This document shows positions 11,884 through 23,294 of a DNA stretch of 64,000 nucleotides, in pieces. The stretch covers positions 8,184,001-8,248,000 of the forward strand of contig NC_043021.1 of assembly GCF_006345805.1 (NCBI RefSeq), given 5' to 3'. The notes under the pieces were generated by a model, which did no database searches, was not told the DNA's origin, and saw nothing but the letters and a program-made list of their open reading frames with translations. Source of the stretch: Octopus sinensis (taxonomy: Eukaryota). Numbering within the stretch: position 1 is the stretch's first letter; the number at the start of each line of letters is the position of its first letter. A program made the translations under genes and the position numbers.

Positions 11884-12363
11884 AAGTATTGGAACACCAT
11901 TGTAGTATGTGTGCAAGTGAAATTGACTGCAACTGAATCTGCAGAAAAATAAATGGATCAAGTGCACGCGTGTGAGAATGTCTGCAAGTGGTGCCTGCAG
12001 AAAACAAAACGCATTAATTTTAGACATGTCTGTTGCAAGGATATAGATTTGCTGGCATGAGAATAAATGAAGCTTGCAGCTGCATACATAATTATTCTCT
12101 ATAGCAAAACCAAGTCACCTAATAAAGTTTTCAACAAATTTATTTACATAAAAGACATTACAGAGATTCATTTCTGAAAGTATTGAGTTGTATGCCTGGA
12201 ATGTCTGTTTATTTGTATATGGCTAGAGGTGTAAATGAAATACCTATGTTTTTCATGTTTTTGGTGAGAGGCAATAAAGTTTGGTGTTCATTGTAGACAA
12301 AGTGATTCATTTTGTATCATGGTCAAGTGTCCAACCCATCTTCTCAGGAATCTCTGTAAACTT

Positions 12364-12587
12364 CTTATTTTTTATTGCCTACAAGGGGCGAAACATAGGG
12401 TGAACAAACAAAGAGATTAAGTCGATTACATCGACCCCAGTGCGTAACTGGTACTTAATTTATCAACCCCGAAAGGATGAAAGGAAAAGTCGACCTTGGC
12501 AGAATTTGAACTCAGAACGTAAATACAGACAAAATACTGCTGAGTATTTTGCTCAGCGTGCTAATGTTTCTGCCAGCTCGCTGCCTT
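12364..12587 (-). mobile_element. SINE-C
   Basis: Family match. Confidence 0.85.
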
Positions 12588-12697
12588 AAATCTCTGTTAA
12601 CTTCTGCCCTTGTGTTGCATTCACCTCATTTATAGGCACGGTTGTGATGGTGATGTTTGGTTACAACCATTACACAATGTTGAGACAACGGTACATG

Positions 12698-13068
12698 GAT
12701 GGAAGCACTCCGTCGGTTACGACGACGAGGGTTCCGGTTGATCCGATCAACGGAACAGCCTGCTCGTGAAATTAACATGTAAGTGGCTGAGCATTCCACA
12801 GACACGTGTATCCTTAACGTAGTTCTCGGGGATATTCAGCGTGACACAGAGAGTGACAAGGCCGGCCCTTTGAAATACAGGTACAACAGAAACAGGAAGT
12901 AAGAGTGAGAGAAAGTTGTGGTGAAAGAGTACAGCAGAGATCACCACCATCCGCTGCCGGAGCCTCATGGAGCTTTTAGGTGTTTTCGCTCAATAAACAC
13001 TCACAACACCCGGTCTGGGAATCGAAACCGCGAGTCCGCTGCCCTAACCACTGGGCCATTGCACCTCC
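12698..13068 (-). mobile_element. SINE-B
   Basis: 13-bp TSD ACAACGGTACATG. Confidence 0.93.
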
Positions 13069-13303
13069 ACAACGGTACATGCATACATAAACACACACAT
13101 AAAGGCTTTTTTCAGTTTGTCAACTAAATCCATACACAAGGAAGACAGACAGTAAAAGAAGCTATGTATTTGCTGGTATACAAGAGAGACCAAACGGTGC
13201 AACAGTGAGAGTAACAAATGTCAACAAGGATAACCTGGGAGAGAGAGGAAGATTACAGGGTATGTCGGATATGAATAATTCAATGCAGTCCTACATCTAT
13301 ATA

Positions 13304-13534
13304 CAGGGTGGCCCAAAAGTAGGTTTACAATTATCCCATAAGCACTTTAAATTTCTTTTAAAACATTTTATTACATTTATATTTCTATCTTACAAACTGA
13401 AAAGGGAGCTTGACAAAACTAAATTACCAAAGAATTATGGTTTCATATTTTTTTATAATTAAGATCTAAACTGTTGATATATGAATGCGAAAGAGATAGT
13501 TAAATAACTGTAAACCTACTTTTGAGCCACCCTG
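13304..13534. mobile_element. Tc1/mariner-type MITE
   Basis: TA TSD; 26-bp TIR CAGGGTGGC(C/T)CAAAAGTAGGTTTACA. Confidence 0.9.
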
Positions 13535-13794
13535 TATATATAAATCATGGTGTCTGGAAGAGCATCCAGCTGTAAAAACCATGCCAAAACAGGCCTGACC
13601 AGTGCTGGTGCCACATAAAAAGCACCTAGTCCACTCTGTAAGGTGGTTGATGTTAGGAAGGACATCCAGCTATAAAAACCCTGCCAAAACAGTGGATCCT
13701 GGTGCAGTCTTCTGCCTAGCCAGCCCCTTTCAAATCATCCAACCCATACCAATATGGAAAAATGGATGTTAAATGATGACCACATTAATGCCTA

Positions 13795-13995
13795 TTTCTT
13801 TATTACCCACAAGGGGCTAAACACAGAGGGGACAAACATAGGTATTAAGTCGATTACATCGACCCCAGTGCGTAACTGGTATTTAATTTATCGACCCCGA
13901 AAGGATGAAAGGCAAAGTCGACCTCAGCGGAATTTGAACTTAGAACGTAGCGGCAGACGAAATACCGCTAAGCATTTCGCCAGACGTGCTGACGA
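13795..13995 (-). mobile_element. SINE-C
   Basis: Family match. Confidence 0.85.
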
Positions 13996-14370
13996 TTCTG
14001 TCAGCTCGCCGCCCTTTAGAAGAATCTATTGCTCATGGTCCCTACATCAGTGCTTCTGCCACAGTCAAAGTCTAGCCTACCTCTGATCCTATTACTTTTT
14101 GTATAACCAGTTCATACCAAGTGCTCTGTATGAGATTTCTACCTATTCTTTTTCAGCATAATCAGTAGAGCCGTTTCTCTGATGGTAGCAGGGTGCCGTC
14201 CTGTTTTCCACAAAACAGAACATTGTCTTTGCTATGAGGCCTCTCCATTCAATATTCTCAAATTGTCCAGAAGAAAATACTAGTTTACATCTCTTGATGT
14301 GAGGCCATGAAATCAAAAATTGAAAATATTTTGAAAAAAAAAAAAAAAATCATGTATACAATAAATTTAA

Positions 14371-14581
14371 CCCTTTAGTGTTTAAACCGGCCCAATATAT
14401 TCTACATATTTTATATTCAAACTGGCTATATCCAGCCTCTCACACCTAACCTACATTGACATTCTAAAAATAAACAATCACATCATTGAAACCTCAAAGC
14501 TATAACATAATGCATGATTAATTCAAAACAATTTAAATAAAAAAGTATTACATTTAACAGAGTATTCTGAACACTAAAGGG
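14371..14581. mobile_element. piggyBac-like MITE (family P2)
   Basis: TTAA-CCCTTTAG...CTAAAGGG-TTAA. Confidence 0.85.
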
Positions 14582-15277
14582 TTAAATATTGGATGAATTA
14601 GAAAACATATGTTATTACTATGTTGGTAATGCTTTAACAAATCCTTGTTTTACTATGGCTGAACTTGAAGTGCAGTAGCTACTCCACTATGCTGTGGATT
14701 CTCTATACAAATCAGTTTATGATATTGATTTAATTTTCTTCCTTCCATAATTAAAAGAGAATAATATACTTTTCTACTCTAGGCACAAGGCCCAAAATAT
14801 TAGAGGAGGGGGCCAGTCGATTAGGTTGACCCCAGTATGCAACTAGTACTTAATTTTTTGACCCCCCCCCCCAAAGACTGATAGAATAAGTACTAGGCTT
14901 ACAACGAATAAATCCTAGGGTCGATTTGCTCAACTAAAGGCGGTGCTCCTGCATGGCCAGTCAAATGACTGAAACAAGATATATATATATATAGCCAAGT
15001 GGTTGAGAAGTTTGCTTCCCAACCACATAGTTTCAGGTTCATTTCCATATAGCACCCTGCTGATCAAAGCCTTGTTAGTGGATTTGGTTGGTTGAGGGAA
15101 ATTTGAAGAAGTCCATCAGACGTAAGTGTCTATGTTAGCATCTTGTCTTGATATTGCATGAAAGCTGTAAACAAATGCTTGTCAAGAGTAGAGTCGTTCC
15201 TTTCCAATATTCTGCAAAAACTTGTTTGGCTAAAGGGAACTCCCTTGCTTGGAAAAAGGTGAAGGCTGACATATCAC

Positions 15278-15657
15278 TTTTTACTTGTTTCAGTCATTTT
15301 GACTGCGGCCATGCTGGAGCAGCGCATTTAATCGAGCAACTCGACCGCGGGACCTATTCTTTGTAAGCCCAGTACTTATTCTATTGGTCTCGTTTGCCGA
15401 ACCGCCAAGTGACGGGGACATAAACACACCAGCATCGGTTGTCAAGCAATGCTAGGGGGACAACACACACACACACACAAACATACATATATATGACGGG
15501 CTTCTTTCAGTTTCCATCTACCAAATCCACTCACAAGGCTTTGGTCGGCCCGAGGCTAAAGTAGAAGACACTTGCCCAAGGCGCCACGCAGTGGGACTGA
15601 ACCCGGAACCATGTGGTTGGTAAACAAGCTACTTACCACACAGCCACTCCTGCGCCT
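15278..15657 (-). mobile_element. SINE-A (tRNA-derived)
   Basis: Same head, body and tail as other copies. Confidence 0.9.
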
Positions 15658-16243
15658 ATGTGCAAGAAAAAAAAAATGTTTCTGGCTATAGAAAATCTGT
15701 TTCGAAAGACTGTCTAACTTATGTAAGCACAGAAAAGTGAATTTTAAAACAATGGTAAAAAGGTTGAAGGATACCTGTAGGATTCAAAACAAACATCTGT
15801 ACAGAACTAACAGACCCTGAACCCTTCATTCACTCAGATGACTGTCAAATGTAATGTTTGTCTTATTCACATTGCTTTGAATTAATTATGCATTATCTCA
15901 CAGGTTTGGGATTTTGAGGCGATTACTTTTAGAACATTGCAAGAAGCTGGATCAGGGGCCACTTTGAGTATACAATGGATAAAAAGCACAGACTGGAAAT
16001 GGCCACTTATTTCTCAAAGCCCTTACATTTGTATTCTTAACAAAAAAAAAAAAAAAAACCCACTTCTACCAAATCATCTAATTTGATCGAAAGGAAACCT
16101 CTCATGGATGCAGATGTGCAGGCAGTGTCCTGCAAGTGTTGTCTGTTTTCCTTCCATGGGGGGTTTTAACATCACAAACTATTAAAGTAGTATTCACTAT
16201 GAGATACAGTTAAAATGATTTATTTACTTATTCTGCCTTTATA

Positions 16244-16437
16244 AATAAATATTTATTCATTGTGCCTTTGCAATTTTCAGGATACATCCTAAAAATTGTG
16301 AAGGCACAATGAATAAATATTTATTGTGCCTTTGCAATTTTTAGGTTACATCCTAAAAATTGTGAAGGCACAATGAATAAATATTTATTGTGCCTTTGCA
16401 ATTTTTAGGTTAAATCCTAAAAATTGTAAAGGCACAA
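16244..16437. repeat. Three tandem 64-bp self-complementary (hairpin) units
   Basis: Units start at 16259, 16323 and 16387; 22-bp arms, 6-nt loop, palindromic AATAAATATTTATT linker. Confidence 0.9.
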
Positions 16438-16537
16438 GATGCTTATAAAACAAAGGTTAAGGATAGTGCTACTGACATTATAATCAGTGATGACAGCAAT
16501 AAGCAAATTATTAATGGAGTAAGGAAGATAACCAATG

Positions 16538-16860
16538 CGTGGCACCTTGGGCAAGTGTCTTCTACTATAGCCTCGGGCCGACCAAAGCATTGTGAGTGGA
16601 TTTGGTAGACGGAAACTGAAAGAAACCCGTCGTATATATGTATTTATATATGCGTGTGTTTGTCCCCTTAGCATTGCTTGACAACCGATGCCAGTGTGTT
16701 TATGTCCCTGTTACTTAGCGGTTCGGCAAAAGAGACCGATAGAATAAGTACTGGGCTTACAAAAGAATAAGTCCCGGGGTCGAGTTGCTTGATTAAAAGG
16801 CGGTGCTCCAGCATGGCCACAGTCAAATGACTGAAACAAATAAAAGAGTAAAGAGTAAGA
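16538..16860 (+). mobile_element. SINE-A, head truncated
   Basis: Body and tail match the family. Confidence 0.9.
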
Positions 16861-17056
16861 GGGTGCTGGATTACTGATTCATATTTTGTCCCAAGTACAA
16901 CACATGCTCCAGTTTGCCTACCTGAACAAAAACAAGTTCTACTCTTATTTCATAGGCAAATACTAACAAAGTCCATTTAACTGTACAAAAAAAAAACCAG
17001 TTCTTCAGAGAACATCACCATGCAAAAAGATACAAACAGAAACAGATTAAAAGCAT

Positions 17057-17062
17057 TTTATT
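17057..17062 (-). terminator. Probable HSP90 polyadenylation signal
   Basis: AATAAA on the minus strand about 440 nt after the stop, followed by a U/GU-rich tract (TTTTAATCTGTTTCTGTTTGT). Confidence 0.55.
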
Positions 17063-17501
17063 TTTAATCCCTACCAATTAATTTTACCACTATTAAAACG
17101 AAGAATCAAAATAAAACACGAGAAGGCTATTTAGTTTATTTTTCTCTATTTATTTTCTATAGCATAGGAAGAATCAGAAACAAATTGGTTGTATAGCAGA
17201 AACAAAATGAAAATAATGAATTTATATAGGAAATGAAAAGGATGAACTAACCATATTTCAATGCAAATCTGCTATTTCTATAAGTTTGGTACACTTTCTT
17301 AAATGTCTTTATGCCTAACAATCTAATGAAGCTTACACTAAAAGCACTGTTTCGACATAGGAAGAAGACAAAAACATGACAACAGTTCAGAAAAAAAAAA
17401 AAAAAAAAAAAAAGGTGTTTAAATACATAAATGCATTTAATGTAATTAGTGAAATAATTTACACAAAATATTGAGATACGAGAGTTTAGGAAAACTAAAT
17501 T

Positions 17502-17951
17502 TTAATCAACTTCTTCCATTTTAGACAAGTCATCATCATCTCCCTCTAATGCTGGCATCTCGGTATCAGCAGTCTCCGCAGATGCAGTCTCATCCAAGAT
17601 TTCATCTTCGTCCAAACCAAGACCAAACCTGATCATTCGATGGATACGACAGGCATGTGATTGTGGGTTATCTAGATTAAAACCTGACGACAGCAGGGAG
17701 GTTTCATACATTAAAATTACAAAGTCTTTCACAGTTTTGTCATTTTTATCAGCATCTATTTTGCTCTTCAATGCCTTAATGATGGAATGATCAGGGTTTA
17801 CTTCCAAATGTTTCTTAGCAGCCATGTAACCCATGGTTGAAGTATCTCTCAAAGCTTGAGCTTTCATGATACGTTCCATGTTCGCTGACCAACCATACTG
17901 ACTAGTGACAATACAGCAGGGAGAGTCCACCAATCTGTTTGATACAACAAC
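17502..17951 (-). CDS. HSP90: HSP90 coding exon 6 (VVVSNRL...MEEVD stop)
   Basis: TTGCAG acceptor; TAA at 17504-17502; 450 nt. Confidence 0.96.
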   Translation of the reverse strand, partial: VVVSNRLVDSPCCIVTSQYGWSANMERIMKAQALRDTSTMGYMAAKKHLEVNPDHSIIKALKSKIDADKNDKTVKDFVILMYETSLLSSGFNLDNPQSHACRIHRMIRFGLGLDEDEILDETASAETADTEMPALEGDDDDLSKMEEVD

Positions 17952-20927
17952 CTGCAACATACAGAGGAAACAATAATTCAAGTTATTGAAGTTAGTCATG
18001 GAGAACATAAAACAAAAAAATCACTAACAATTTTATAATTTAGCAACTAAATGAAATATAAACTACTACCAACCTTCTCGACCTTTTTGTCCAGAATGTC
18101 TTTGATGACTTTACACAAGCCTTCGTATGCTGTCTTATCCTCCTCCAGCTTCTTTTTAGACTCCTCATCGTCAGGAAGTTCCAAACCCTCTTTGGTAACA
18201 CACACCAGCTGTTTGCCATCATATTCCTTCAACTGTTGAGCAGCATATTCATCAATTGGGTCAACCATATAGACCACTTCACAGCCAGATTTCTTTACTT
18301 TCTCAACAAAGGCAGAGTTCTTAACAGCATCCTTGGTCTCACCTTAAAATACAAGAACATTATGCCACTTTTACATACAGAAAAACCAGTTTCTGCGTAA
18401 ATAGAAAATTTACCTGGTTCTCATCAATTACTTCATCCAAATGAAAACCAGATCAAACAGAGTTTAACCCTTTAGTGTTCAAACCGGCTATATCCGGCCC
18501 AAATATTCTGCTCATTTTATGCTCAAACTGGCCAGAACCAGTATCTCACACTTACCCTACAATGTCATTCTAAAAATAAACAATTACATCTTTCAAATCT
18601 TGAAGCTACAAGATAATACCAGATTAATTTTTTTAAATGTAAATGAATAAGGATTACTTTTGACATTAATTTGAATGCTAAAGGGTTAACAAGGCAGATT
18701 TTCTATGGCTGGATGCCCTTTCTGTCACCAACCTTCTGTTTCCAAATAAGGTAATATTTTCCCCATGATCAAACATGCTTTCACAGAATATCAGAAATGA
18801 CATTTATTTACAAAATGTCATGTGATATCAAGACAAGGAGATTCAAACATATGACAGGCTTCTCTCAGTTTTCACCTACCAAATCCACTCACAAAACCTT
18901 GGTTGGTCTGAGAAGACACTCAAGGTGCCACAGTGGGGCTGAACTTGAAACCTTAACCACACAGCCATTTGATGAACTGAACATGCATGTGGTTGAGGGT
19001 AATCAAAGTTATAACCCAATAACAAAGGTTTCATGCATAACCCATAGTTGAAGAATTTTCTCAAAGCTTGAGCTTTCATGATACATGAATGACTTACCTG
19101 TTATGTAATAGATGTGTTTTTGATTCTCCTTCATGCGGGACACATAATCTTTCAGAGAAGACATCTCATCCCCAGAGCTGGAGGTGTGATAACGGAGGAA
19201 ATCAGCCAATTTTTTCCTATTTGTGTGATCTTCATGAATACCAAGCTACCAAAACAAATAGAAATTTCATTGTTACATTATAAAGAATGACTATTAGACA
19301 ACTATATTGTACATAGATACTCTCGGATAAAATTCGAGAAAGAGATTTCTTACATTTACAAAAAAAAAATTAAAAAATCTTGATATCATAATTTGACGAT
19401 AGGAGACAAAAATCCATATAACTTACCTTCAAATTCTTAGAAAATTGTTCATAAAACTTCTTGTATTCATCTTTGTTCTCACCAACTGAGTCAAACAACT
19501 CAATACATTTCTTTACTAAATGTTTCCTAATCACTTTCAAGATCTTGCTCTGTTGCAGAGTCTCACGAGAAATGTTCAGAGGCAAGTCTTCAGAATCCAC
19601 AACACCTTTGATGAAGTTCAAGTATTCTGGGATCAAGTCTTCACAGTTGTCCATGATAAATACTCGGCGTACATACAACTTAATGTTGTTCTTTTTCTTC
19701 TTATTCTCAAACATATCGAAAGGAGCCCTTTTGGGGACAAAAAGCAAAGCCCGGAACTCCAGTTGACCCTCAACAGAGAAATGCTGCAAAACACAAAAAA
19801 ACCCAGGATCATTACAGAAATTATTTTCTTTTTTTAAATAAAAACTGTTAAAAATCATTCAAAGTGAAGCCATTCGAATAAAAATAGTTTTAACCAAATG
19901 AATCAACTCACCTTAACAGCAAGATGTTCTTCCCAATCGTTGGTCAACGACTTATAGAATTCCCCATACTCTTCATTTTTAATATCATCAGGGTTCCTAC
20001 TCCAGATGGGTTTAGTTTTGTTCAATTCTTCATCTTCAAAGTATTTTTCTTTGATGCTCTTCTTTTTCTTGCCTTTTGATGTCTCTTCATCCTCTTCTAC
20101 ATCTTCAATCTTAATCTTATCTTCCTGTCAACACAAAACACACCACTTCATTAGTTTAATTGGATCAACAGACACAAACACACACACATTGTTAAAGAAT
20201 ATATACTTACACCCTCTTCATCTTTATCTTCTTTGTCTTCCTTCTTTTCCTCTTCGTCATCAGACACCTCCTTGCTACGTTCCTTCTCAACAAGCAGTTT
20301 GATGGGATAACCAATGAACTGACTGTGTTTCTTAACCACTTCTTTGATACGTTTCTCTTCCAAGTATTCAGCCTGGTCTTCCTTCAGGTACAGAGTAATC
20401 TTGGTACCACGGCCAAGTGGCTCACTGGTTGAGGTCTTAATGGTGAAAGTACCACCAGCGGACGACTCCCAGGTGTGTTGGTCATCATCATTATGTTTAG
20501 ATTCAACAATCACTTTATCAGCAACCAAGTAAGCAGAATAGAAACCGACACCAAACTGACCAATCATAGAAATATCAGCACCAGACTGCAGAGCTTCCAT
20601 GAAAGCTTTAGTACCAGACTTAGCAATGGTACCCAGGTTGTTGACCATATCAGCCTTGGTCATGCCGATACCGGTGTCAATAATGGTCAATGTGTTAGCT
20701 TCCTTGTTGGGGATGATCTTGATGTATAATTCCTTGCCGCTGTCTAGTTTGGAAGGGTCAGTCAAAGACTCGTATCTGATCTTGTCAAGAGCATCAGAAG
20801 AGTTGGAAATCAACTCCCTGAGAAAGATTTCTTTGTTGGAATAGAAAGTGTTGATGATCAAGCTCATCAACTGAGCAATTTCAGCCTGGAAGGCAAATAC
20901 TTCTCCATCAGCAGTTTCAGTGGACAT
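17502..20927 (-). CDS. HSP90: Cytosolic heat shock protein 90, complete gene, 6 coding exons, 717 aa
   Basis: Exons 20211-20927, 19912-20124, 19427-19783, 19098-19245, 18074-18342 and 17502-17951 total 2154 nt. All introns are GT..AG and phases are consistent. Signature motifs include [61 protein letters not shown] and C-terminal MEEVD (cytosolic). A CAG acceptor at 20928-20930 directly precedes the ATG, implying a non-coding first exon upstream. Confidence 0.97.
18074..18342 (-). CDS. HSP90: HSP90 coding exon 5 (GETKDAV...KKVEK)
   Basis: TTTTAAG acceptor, GTTGGT donor; 269 nt. Confidence 0.93.
18468..18685. mobile_element. piggyBac-like MITE (family P2) in HSP90 intron 4
   Basis: TTAA TSDs, CCCTTTAG/CTAAAGGG termini. 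Confidence 0.85.
19098..19245 (-). CDS. HSP90: HSP90 coding exon 4 (LGIHED...IYYIT)
   Basis: TTGGTAG acceptor, GTAAGT donor, phase 1 exit; 148 nt. Confidence 0.95.
19427..19783 (-). CDS. HSP90: HSP90 coding exon 3 ([10 protein letters not shown]...KNLK)
   Basis: TTGCAG acceptor, GTAAGT donor; 357 nt. Confidence 0.96.
19912..20124 (-). CDS. HSP90: HSP90 coding exon 2 (EDKIKIED...HLAVK)
   Basis: TGACAG acceptor, GTGAGT donor; contains [16 protein letters not shown]; 213 nt. Confidence 0.95.
20211..20927 (-). CDS. HSP90: HSP90 coding exon 1 (ATPase domain, [13 protein letters not shown]...EEG)
   Basis: ATG at 20927-20925 after TTCTCCTTCAG; donor GTAAGT at 20210; 717 nt. Confidence 0.96.
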
Positions 20928-21519
20928 CTGAAGGAGAAAAAAAAAGTCATTAAAGACATCACTGATTAGGATTATATTGTATCTAATAAAATGAACTTTC
21001 AATTAGTGAATTTGACTAATACAATGTTACAATAGGTTACCAGTAGTAAAATAATAGCAATAATAAATCTCTGAACGAGATGTAAACAGTAACTGCATGA
21101 CAATGTAAGGTATACTAGCCATCTCAATATGGCTAACCACTAAGGGTGGGTGTTACTGTAGCTTGTAGCCCCAGGAGATCATCGTCTCCAGTTGGCTTTA
21201 GGCACACTTTCTGTGCCCTTATGGTATTTGCAAAGGGAGGTCATCCCTCTCTCGCCAACCTAAGTGATACGCACGGACTGCAGTTTCTAGGTATTTGCCT
21301 GTCTTCGGCGTACGGCAATCACCGGTTTTCGATGAAGGGAGTCAGTTTGCAAATCCTTATATATCGTTTTTCCAGGTAATACATTAGATCTCAAACAGAA
21401 GCAGTTGTTGAAGGTGAAGGTGGCTTTATTGTATAACATTATAGAAAAGGTTTAATTTTATACTCAACACTTTTTTGATAAACATAAATCTGTCCTCAAA
21501 TAGATCTACTGTACTTCTT

Positions 21520-21724
21520 GACTGGCCCTCATGCCGGTGGCATGTAAAAGCACCCACTACACTCTCGGAGTGGTTGGCATTAGGAAGGGCATCCAGCTGT
21601 AGAAACTCTGCCAGATCGGATTGGAGCTTGGTGCAGCCATCTATCTGGTTTTCCAGTCCTCAGTCAAATTGTTCAACCCATGCTAGCATGGAAAGCAGAC
21701 GCTAAACTACGATGATGATGATGA
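21520..21724 (+). mobile_element. Family D repeat (RTE-like 3' end, (GAT)n tail)
   Basis: Family match. Confidence 0.85.
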
Positions 21725-22403
21725 TAGACATACCTGTTACTTAAATGACAGAGCAGGAAACCTGGTCCAAATGCCAAAAGATAACCACAGATCAAACAGT
21801 AGAGATAAACTGGACCAGGGGTTGTTTCCCAAGTTTTGTTGATTAAATATTTTTACCCAAGGTTTTTGGAAGCTGCTGTGATGTGAGATTGAACCAGAAA
21901 CCATGTAGCTGTTACAAATAGCTGTCAAACTTCCGCATATCACATTATCTTAGAAAAAAGACATTGGAGGTTAATGTGATCCTGAATCTCCTTGCACATT
22001 TGAAGACAAACGTCTGTTCTTAAGTTAGCTCAAATATGGCTGACTTGAGACTAAACAACAAATATCAGTGACAGCAGTCACTTGAGCAATAACAAAATAG
22101 CCAAACTGCTGACCACTTTACCATAGCCCTTTAGTGTCTAATCTGACCAAAATATTCTGTCTATTTTATGATCAAACCAGCCCTACAATATTCTAAAAAT
22201 TAAGTTACCTTATTAAAATCTCAAAGCTACAAGATAATCCAGGATTAATTCAAAACAATGTGAATAAATGAGCATTTCATTTGACAGGGTAATTTGAATG
22301 CTAAAGGGTTAGACCAAGGACAATGAACAAATCCTCTCATTGCTTTACAGATATCTTAGCAGAGGATGAATTCAGCTTGGACTGTTGCCTTAGTTATGCA
22401 TAC

Positions 22404-22750
22404 TCTTACTCTTTTACTTGTTTCAGTCATCTGACCGCGGCCATGCTGGAGCACCGCCTTTTAATCAAGCAACTCGACCCCAGGACTTATTCTTTTTGTA
22501 AGCCCAGTACTTATTCTATCAGTCTCTTTTGCCGAACCGCTAAGTAACGGGGACATAAACACAGACACACACACATATATATATATATATATGACGGGCG
22601 TCTTTCAGTTTCCATCTACCAAATCCATTCGCAAGGCTTTGGTCAACCCGTGGCTATAGTAGAAGACACTTGCTCAAGGTGCCACGCAGTGGGACTGAAC
22701 CCGGAACCATGTGGTTGGTAAACAAGCTACTTACCACAGCCACCCCTGCA
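22404..22750 (-). mobile_element. SINE-A
   Basis: Family match. Confidence 0.9.
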
Positions 22751-23072
22751 TTTAAAATTTATTTCCCAGGTATAGAAAACAGACTTCATAGCAGGTCTAA
22801 ATACACTAGTAATAGACATATTCACTAGTCTTGTTTCAGGTTTTCCTGTATTGCACCAACAATAGCTACACGAGGGAGCCTGCAAGCAATCGTTCAACCA
22901 GATAGAAACAGTAACCAAATCTAAAATTAACATCTTAAATAGTCTACATTTAAATGTCAGTCTAATCAAAGATGACCCAGGGCTAAACAAGATGTAATGA
23001 GTATTTTAAGAAATGAGAAGCTAAGTAAAAAAAGATCAAGATAAAATCTCAAAAGAAAAAAAAATGTTTTAA

Positions 23073-23294
23073 CCCTTTGGTGTTCACAAATTTCTCTATT
23101 AAATGTAATACTTTTTCACTCAAATTGTTTTGAATTAATCATGCATTGTCTAACAGCTTTCAGGTTTCAATGATATGATTCTGTATTTTTAGAATGTCAT
23201 TGTAGGTTAGGTGTGAGAAGCTAGAAATGGCCAGTTTGAATGTAAAACATTTAGAATATTTGGGCCGGATATGGCCGGTTTAAACACTAAAGGG
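23073..23294. mobile_element. piggyBac-like MITE (family P2)
   Basis: TTAA TSDs and CCCTTT/AAAGGG termini. Confidence 0.85.

Noticed and set aside
19330-19345. Intronic HSE in HSP90 intron 3
   Set aside because: Only two nGAAn units; below the usual three-unit minimum.
21290-21340. Possible hammerhead on the minus strand of the repeat upstream of HSP90
   Set aside because: Too many core and stem changes are needed; cannot be supported from this copy.
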